From Terriglobia bacterium (lineage in GTDB: Bacteria; Acidobacteriota; Terriglobia; 2-12-FULL-54-10), in the NCBI GenBank assembly GCA_963666975.2, contig CAXVYR010000003.1:160001-224000 (forward strand): 64,000 nt of DNA. Reading direction: 5' to 3'. Both the position numbers and the translations under genes were made by a program. Under the pieces are notes generated by a model. It worked only from the letters and a program-made list of their open reading frames with translations. It searched no databases and was not told the DNA's origin. This document shows, piece by piece, positions 58,323 to 64,000 of the stretch. Within the stretch, counting starts at the first letter, position 1. The number at the start of each line of letters is the position of its first letter.

Positions 58323-59741
58323 CTAGGTTTTCTTGGTTTTGAACATTTTTTCTGCCATCTTGCGGACCGTGTCGGGGACGTTCTTGTTAGTCGAGAGGGA
58401 GCGGAGATCGGTCACAATGAGGCGGTTGAGCAGCGGCAGACCTACATCAATGGGCAGACGGGGATTATTGACCAGATTCTTTAATACTACATAGTTTTTC
58501 ATGAACTTGCGGTTCATGGAAATGAGGCGCAACACGTCCTGGCTCACGTTCTTCAGGGCGGCGAAATTCTCCGCTTCGCCGTCGGTTAGCTTGGGAGAAC
58601 TCAACACGCCCCGTTGGATCACTTTACTTCCGTCACGAATTAGAAAACCCCGTTCTTCTTTGGTACCCAGCAAGGCCAGCTTCAGGCGCTGCGCGACGGT
58701 CATCCTGGCGATTTTGCTGACTAGGCCCTCTGGTTTGGAAGGATCGGCGGGGGCCGCCGCTGTTTCTTCCTCTGCGGTCGGGGGAGGCGGGGGAGTTTCC
58801 GACTGCATCTCCTCAATCAGCATATCAAGCAAATCTACTTCCAATACAAGGCCTTCGGCAGGCGGGTCTTTCTGCCAGCGCTCGTGGGTCGGATTGTCCT
58901 TCAGAGCTATCAGCGCCGGGGTCTGCAGCAGATCCAGTTCTTCCAAAAGCACTTGCAATACTTCCGGACCCGCATTCGCGGCCAGGACTGTAATGGCATC
59001 CAGCGGCGAGGCGGGATTGGCCAGAAGAGCCGGCAACAGCACCGGACGGACGTGGGCGAGATCGAGAAAGTAGCGGGCGACGGATTCGGGTAACGTCCAA
59101 GACGCCAGTTCCGCGACGCATTGTTCGTCCTGGAGGCGGCTTAGAGTCTGATGGGCGGCACGGCATACTTCCGGGTCGGCGTCTGCTGTGAGCGAAACCA
59201 AAACGTTGAGTAGCTGATCGGCCGGAATCTCCATTTCGCCGCGAGCCGCCTGGAGTTTTTCTTCTGGGGCCAATTCAACGGTTTCGGCAGACGGTTCTTT
59301 CCGCCAACCTTCGTGGAGCGGATTGTTTTTCAAAGCTGCCAGCACAGGCGGCTTCAACAGGTCCAATATTTCCAGAAGCATTTCCAGCACTTCCCGGGTC
59401 GACTTCGCGGCCAGAACGATGATGGCGTCCTGTGGAGAGGCGGGATTGGCCAAAAGAGTCGGCAGCAGGGCCGGACGGGCGTGGGAAGGATCGAGAAAAT
59501 AGCGGGCGACGGGTTCCGGCAGAGTGGGCGCCGCCAGCGCCGGGACACATTGTTCGTCGGGAAGATGTTGGAGTGTTTCCTGGGCCGCGCCGCTTACCTC
59601 CGCGTCGGTGTCGGCGGCGAGCACAACCAACATATTCAGTAGCTGGGGGGCGGGAACCTCTGCTCCCCCCATTTCTCCACGGGCAACCTGGAGTTTTTCT
59701 TCGCGCGACAGTTCCCCGGATAACAATTGCTGCGGTAACAT
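58323..59741 (-). CDS. Helical-repeat hypothetical protein with an internal ~145-aa duplication
   Basis: Two units EEKLQ.ARGE...ARYFLD...LLANPASP...NP; acidic Pro linker; basic C-terminal domain LIRD...SPKL...LVNNP; GAGGT RBS. Confidence 0.85.
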   Translation of the reverse strand: MLPQQLLSGELSREEKLQVARGEMGGAEVPAPQLLNMLVVLAADTDAEVSGAAQETLQHLPDEQCVPALAAPTLPEPVARYFLDPSHARPALLPTLLANPASPQDAIIVLAAKSTREVLEMLLEILDLLKPPVLAALKNNPLHEGWRKEPSAETVELAPEEKLQAARGEMEIPADQLLNVLVSLTADADPEVCRAAHQTLSRLQDEQCVAELASWTLPESVARYFLDLAHVRPVLLPALLANPASPLDAITVLAANAGPEVLQVLLEELDLLQTPALIALKDNPTHERWQKDPPAEGLVLEVDLLDMLIEEMQSETPPPPPTAEEETAAAPADPSKPEGLVSKIARMTVAQRLKLALLGTKEERGFLIRDGSKVIQRGVLSSPKLTDGEAENFAALKNVSQDVLRLISMNRKFMKNYVVLKNLVNNPRLPIDVGLPLLNRLIVTDLRSLSTNKNVPDTVRKMAEKMFKTKKT

Positions 59742-59751
59742 GATGCAAACC

Positions 59752-60600
59752 TCACGGAGCAAGTTCAGAAAGTCCGCTGGCGGAGATGGTAAACCGTTTC
59801 ACTTCCCCGTCGTTACCTGCAGGCGGCAACGGGTTTCCGTTCAGGGAGAGGGTCACACCGCCCGCATCCCCGACGTGCATTTGGATGGCCTCGTTTGCAC
59901 GAACCCGGCGTGTTTGCTGCGGCTGCAGGAAGCCTTCCCACTCCGCTTCGCCGTCCGCGATGATCGAGAGCCAGACTTCACGGCGACTGTCGATCTGCAA
60001 CAAAAACGATCCAGCCACAGGTTCAGGACTGTTCACCCGTCCCTGCCGTGTCTCTTGCATGGCAGCCGCCAGCGCCGGAGCCTTTTCCAGTTGGGTCTGC
60101 GCAGGGGGGGCGGAAGAAGCGCCGGTGGCGGTCTCCGTCCGCGAGGACGTCCTGGAGGAAAGGTTTCCGGGAGCGGCAGAGGCCATTGCTGCCGGGGAAT
60201 CAGAGGCCGGTTCCCGGTCGGTGAACCGGTAGATGGCGTAAGCGATCCCGATGACGATTGCACCCAATGCGATAGCTGTCAAAACCAGAGGGATGTACCC
60301 AGTCATGGACGGCGCCATCGCGTCGCTCGGCGGAGCCGCCGTCTGCCGGTTTGTATCGTCCAGGCCTGCATTTACCTCCTCAAAATATTCTGCAACCGTC
60401 CGTTCCTGGTCCAGCCCTAAATAGCCGGCGTAATGGCGCACAAAACTCTTGTTGAAAATGCCACCGGGGAGCAGATCCATCTTTTCTTCCTCAATTGCTT
60501 TGAGGAAGCGCACGCTGATCTTAGTGTGCTCGGAGATATCGCGGAGGGAAATTCCCCGCGCTTCCCGTTCGACCCTCAAGTTTTCACCGGCGGAACCCAT
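59752..60600 (-). CDS. rodZ: RodZ-like protein (HTH, TM, DUF4115-like)
   Basis: GENLRVERE, TKISVRFLKAIE, LPGGIFNKSFVRHYA, TM, GDAGGV.LSLNG. Confidence 0.88.
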   Translation of the reverse strand: MGSAGENLRVEREARGISLRDISEHTKISVRFLKAIEEEKMDLLPGGIFNKSFVRHYAGYLGLDQERTVAEYFEEVNAGLDDTNRQTAAPPSDAMAPSMTGYIPLVLTAIALGAIVIGIAYAIYRFTDREPASDSPAAMASAAPGNLSSRTSSRTETATGASSAPPAQTQLEKAPALAAAMQETRQGRVNSPEPVAGSFLLQIDSRREVWLSIIADGEAEWEGFLQPQQTRRVRANEAIQMHVGDAGGVTLSLNGNPLPPAGNDGEVKRFTISASGLSELAP

Positions 60601-60637
60601 ATGGTTTCTTATGGATAGCTAAATAAGAATGCGGTTT

Positions 60638-60667
60638 ATGATAGTGGGGGAGCCTAAAAACTGTCAA
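60638..60667 (-). promoter_or_regulatory. Candidate rodZ promoter
   Basis: TTGACA-N18-TATCAT on the minus strand. Confidence 0.55.
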
Positions 60668-60762
60668 ACATTAATTGAGGCTTTTTCTGAGTCCCATCTG
60701 TGATTATAATGTGAGGGGTTTTACTTTGTGCCGAGTCTCTGAAATCCGCCCCTGCTTTCATT

Positions 60763-61821
60763 ATGGAAGATAACGAGAAGCTTTTAGATTTAGAGAAAAG
60801 GATCAAGGAACTCTCCGTGTTTCACGAGGTGGGAAGGACCCTGACTTCCACCCTCGACCTGAACCAAGTCCTGCAAACGATCATGGAGAAGATCAGCAGC
60901 TTCTTCCGCCCGGACACTTGGTCCCTGCTGCTGGTTGATGAGGAGACCGGCGAACTCTACTTTGAAATCGCCATCGGCGAGGCAGCCGAGTCTCTCAAGC
61001 AGGTACGGCTCAAGCCGGGAGAAGGCATTGCCGGATGGGTGGCCCTGCATGGCGAGCCTTTGATGATATCGAATGCCTATGAGGACAAACGCTTTGCCCC
61101 CCGGCTGGATGAGTTGACCAAAATTCAGACCCGCTCGGTTGTTTGCGTTCCAGTGCGCAGCCGGGACCGCGTTTTGGGGGTGATTCAGCTCATCAATTGC
61201 GTGTCGGAGATGAAGCTGGATGAGGACGAGTTGTTCCGGCTCCAGGCGCTGGCCGATTATGCCGCCATCGCCATTGACAACGCCCGGTTCGTCCAGCGGA
61301 TTCACGAGCTGACCATCACCGACGATTGCACCAAGCTCTACAACAGCCGGCATCTGCATTCCGTCCTGGAAGCGGAAATCTACCGCTCGCTTCGGTATCA
61401 ATACGAGTTTTCGCTGATCTTTATCGACCTGGACTACTTTAAGAGAGTCAATGACCGCTACGGCCACCTGGCGGGAAGCAAGCTGCTCGCCCAACTGGGC
61501 CAGCTCATCAAACGATACTTGCGGCTGATTGATTACGGTTTCCGCTATGGCGGGGACGAGTTCGTGGTGCTGCTTCCGCAAACCCCGCAGCGCAGCGCGC
61601 TGAACGTAGCCCGCCGCCTCCATCAGTTGATTGCTCAACACACCTTTCTCCAGCAGGAAGAGATCAACATCTCGATCACCGCCAGTTTTGGGGTCTCCTC
61701 GTTCCCCGGCGACGGGCAAACCCGCGAGGAGTTGATCCGGCTGGCCGACGAGGCCATGTACCTGGTGAAGAAGCACTCCCGCAACAACATTGCCGTAGCC
61801 AACCAGGGATTGCTGGTTTAG
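60763..61821 (+). CDS. GAF-GGDEF diguanylate cyclase
   Basis: GAF (GEGIAGWV), DLDYFKRVNDRYGH, RLID I-site, GGDEF. Confidence 0.93.
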   Translation: MEDNEKLLDLEKRIKELSVFHEVGRTLTSTLDLNQVLQTIMEKISSFFRPDTWSLLLVDEETGELYFEIAIGEAAESLKQVRLKPGEGIAGWVALHGEPLMISNAYEDKRFAPRLDELTKIQTRSVVCVPVRSRDRVLGVIQLINCVSEMKLDEDELFRLQALADYAAIAIDNARFVQRIHELTITDDCTKLYNSRHLHSVLEAEIYRSLRYQYEFSLIFIDLDYFKRVNDRYGHLAGSKLLAQLGQLIKRYLRLIDYGFRYGGDEFVVLLPQTPQRSALNVARRLHQLIAQHTFLQQEEINISITASFGVSSFPGDGQTREELIRLADEAMYLVKKHSRNNIAVANQGLLV

Positions 61822-61901
61822 AGGCGCTCTTTTTTAGAAAGTGAGCAGTTTCGCTGCATTGCCCTCAGGATCGCTTGCCTGCTGGAATGAATTTCTACTA
61901 G

Positions 61902-62660
61902 ATGATGAAAGGTCAGACAAGTAAAAATTGCCCCACCTGCGGCGGCACCGGCTGGCGTCCCCTTGAAAAGGACGGCCTGCGCGCCGTGGAGATTTGCGAC
62001 TGCCGCCGCCAGCAGCGGGACCGGCGATTGCTCGAACGCGCCCGGATTCCCCGCCGCTATAGCCAGTGCGACTTTGACGGCCTTAACGTCTTGAGGGAGC
62101 AAGAAAGCCTGTACTTTGCGGTGGGCAAAGCGCGCCGCTTTGTGGAAGATTATCCCCTCGTCGAGAAAGGCCTTTTATTCCTGGGAAACCCGGGTGTGGG
62201 CAAGACTCACCTGACTGTTGCCATCTTGAAACAGTTAATGGAGCAAAAAGGGGTCGAGTGCCTTTTCTGTCCTTACCAGGAGCTGTTGAAGCAAATCCGC
62301 GATAGCTACGATCCTGTCTCGCTGAGCACGGAGTCGCAGGTCCTGCAGCCGGTTTTGCATACGGACGTAGTGGTCATTGACGACCTGGGGGCGAATCGCG
62401 TCTCCGATTGGGTGGAGGACACCATAACTTATATCCTGAATCACCGCTACAACGAGCGAAAGATGACGCTGCTGACCTCGAATTTGCCCGATACCTCAGA
62501 AGAGGTCCCGGGACGCAGTCCCAGTGGCAAATACCGCATAGGTGACACGCTGGAGGACCGCATCGGCAAGAGAGTGCGCTCACGGCTTTATGAAATGTGC
62601 GAGGTAGTGAAAATCGAAGCCAACGATTATCGACAGGCAGTCCTGGACCACAGCCGCTGA
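61902..62660 (+). CDS. DnaC/IstB-like AAA+ ATPase with N-terminal Zn finger
   Basis: CPTC...CDC, GNPGVGKT, IDDLG, TSN, RVRSRLYEM. Confidence 0.88.
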   Translation: MMKGQTSKNCPTCGGTGWRPLEKDGLRAVEICDCRRQQRDRRLLERARIPRRYSQCDFDGLNVLREQESLYFAVGKARRFVEDYPLVEKGLLFLGNPGVGKTHLTVAILKQLMEQKGVECLFCPYQELLKQIRDSYDPVSLSTESQVLQPVLHTDVVVIDDLGANRVSDWVEDTITYILNHRYNERKMTLLTSNLPDTSEEVPGRSPSGKYRIGDTLEDRIGKRVRSRLYEMCEVVKIEANDYRQAVLDHSR

Positions 62661-62789
62661 GCAGGTTCTTGCCCCCACGTTTCGCCCAACCCCTCAAATT
62701 GAACCGGTTCGCCGCCGGAAAGATTTAACGCACCAGGCAACGCGGCGGCTCTTTTCCCATATCTAATATGAATGAGGGGTAATGCGTTA

Positions 62790-62805
62790 TGGCATGCGTC
62801 TTGCA
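62790..62805 (+). promoter_or_regulatory. sigma54 -24/-12 promoter
   Basis: TGGCAT-GCGTC-TTGCA, 37 nt upstream of the ytxH-like ATG. Confidence 0.7.
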
Positions 62806-62842
62806 AGCGAAGACAGTGAATTGTGAGAGGAGGGGTTCTAAA

Positions 62843-63106
62843 ATGGGTAGACACAAAGGATACGGATTTGTCTGGCTGGTAGCTGGCCTGGGCCTGGGAG
62901 CAGGGGTCACTTATCTGTTTACGTCCAAGTCGGGGAAAAAGGCCCGCTGCTACGTCTCTCGCATGGCCGAGGACGGACGCGAGCGGCTGGCCGAGAGCGG
63001 CCAGGAAGTGCTGGAGCGCGGCAAGGGCCTCTACGAACGCGGCAAAGAGATGGCCGATGAGGCCATAGAGTTTATTGACCGCAGCCGGCGCGCCATTCAA
63101 AAGTAA
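62843..63106 (+). CDS. YtxH-like small membrane-anchored protein
   Basis: GAGGAGG RBS; GLGLGAGVTYLF.SKSG followed by an amphipathic helix. Confidence 0.8.
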   Translation: MGRHKGYGFVWLVAGLGLGAGVTYLFTSKSGKKARCYVSRMAEDGRERLAESGQEVLERGKGLYERGKEMADEAIEFIDRSRRAIQK

Positions 63107-63145
63107 ACGCTACGGCTGTTCGCAAGGTCTCTGGTTCGTTCGCGC

Positions 63146-63739
63146 CTAGTTCGTCCTCTCAAAGTGGACGAAGTCGATCAAAAAGACCGCCCCGAGCAGG
63201 ATGCTCTTGGTTTCGCCGTCCTTGCCCGGGGGCATCTCGACGGCGAAGTTGTCCGCGTCGGTAAACGCCTCCTTCGTCAGGCCGCTCCACTTCTTGGTGA
63301 TCTTTCCCACCTGCCGGTCGTTCTCCCGAATCTCGAAGGTCCAGGGGTGGAGCAGAGGCCCGTACAGCCGGCAAATCTCCATTCCCATGGAGTTGGAAAT
63401 CCGGTAGAGCCGCCGCAACACGGAGAATTCCCGCTCAATCGTTCCCAGCAGTTTCCCCTGCGCGTCCCGCACATCCAGTTTATGAAAGTAGAAACGGAAG
63501 GGCCGCTCCAGGTTCAGGACGGTGGAACCGTCGGCCCGCGCCACGATGATTTCGAAGGGCCGCAGCGCTTTCAGAAACAGCCTCAGAAGAACGGAACTTT
63601 TCTCCGCCGCGTAGTAAAGTTCATTGCCCATCTCGGAGAGCACCACGTAGCGGTTCTTGGTCTCAAACCCGCTCAGGATTTCTCCCCACTCTTTTTTCTG
63701 GCTGACGATCAGGGTGCTGGCAGAATCAAGCGCGTTCAT
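63146..63739 (-). CDS. Phospholipid scramblase/tubby-fold protein
   Basis: GFETKNRY, RPF, GKITKKWSG...EAFTDADNF, LLGAVFLIDF..FE. Confidence 0.85.
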   Translation of the reverse strand: MNALDSASTLIVSQKKEWGEILSGFETKNRYVVLSEMGNELYYAAEKSSVLLRLFLKALRPFEIIVARADGSTVLNLERPFRFYFHKLDVRDAQGKLLGTIEREFSVLRRLYRISNSMGMEICRLYGPLLHPWTFEIRENDRQVGKITKKWSGLTKEAFTDADNFAVEMPPGKDGETKSILLGAVFLIDFVHFERTN

Positions 63740-63827
63740 CAGTGCCTCCCGCAGTAGCTCTCGGAGTAGCTATGGCGATGCATCCAGGAATTATATACCG
63801 ATTGCGGCGGTCAAGGAGCGGTCCGAA

Positions 63828-64000
63828 CTATCGAGGGAACCCCCGGATTGCGGCCAGAATCTTTTGCGCCAGCTTCCCCTCGCGCGCCAGCCTTTCCAGC
63901 TTCCGGTAAACATCCAGCTTCGATTGGGGAAGGCGCTTGCCGACGGCGGCAACGGCTATGGTTTCCGTGTCCTCCCATAGCATAAAGATGATTCGATAGT
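63828..64000 (-). CDS. RelE/ParE-family toxin, C-terminal part (truncated by the window edge)
   Basis: Translated by hand: YRIIFMLWEDTETIAVAAVGKRLPQSKLDVYRKLERLAREGKLAQKILAAIRGFPR*. Confidence 0.6.
   Translation of the reverse strand, partial: YRIIFMLWEDTETIAVAAVGKRLPQSKLDVYRKLERLAREGKLAQKILAAIRGFPR

Noticed and set aside
61902-62660. IS21 element or prophage
   Set aside because: No IstA, terminal repeats or phage genes.

Overview
A 64-kb bacterial chromosomal segment, most likely from Acidobacteriota (inferred from the Acidobacteria-type VWA, BON-tail and RxEGxTExVG proteins). Left end: a frameshifted exported S-layer-like gene, an intact IS256 (terminal IRs, 8-bp TSD) inserted among REP/MITE-like repeats, and a frameshifted TMTC-like GT-C/TPR glycosyltransferase. 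Next is a near-complete type II secretion operon (gspE-F-G-H-I-J-K-L-M-C-D) headed by an ECF sigma/anti-sigma pair, then a small REP-bounded islet (higBA plus a Ser/Thr kinase with a Zn ribbon). The remainder is mostly core and metabolic: tsaD, acyP, apt, a GT2, leuB, leuA, LysR, arsC, an M20 peptidase, nrtR-pncA-pncB with a visible NrtR operator, a heavy-metal RND operon, glmU-yvcK, rodZ, a diguanylate cyclase, a DnaC-like loader, ytxH, a scramblase and a partial relE. The strongest leads are: (1) a leaderless His-rich secreted leader ending in a RAPP arrest motif ahead of the metal-efflux operon; (2) a possible ECF/c-di-GMP-controlled surface-protein export and glycosylation locus; (3) an unannotated stand-alone 21-aa Lys-rich microprotein; (4) a giant secreted helical protein paired with a MIDAS-degenerate VWA protein; (5) a recurrent pattern of locally templated insertions, which may be biology or assembly error. 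No tRNA, rRNA or CRISPR array was recognised. All functional calls come from reading motifs by eye; no searches were run.
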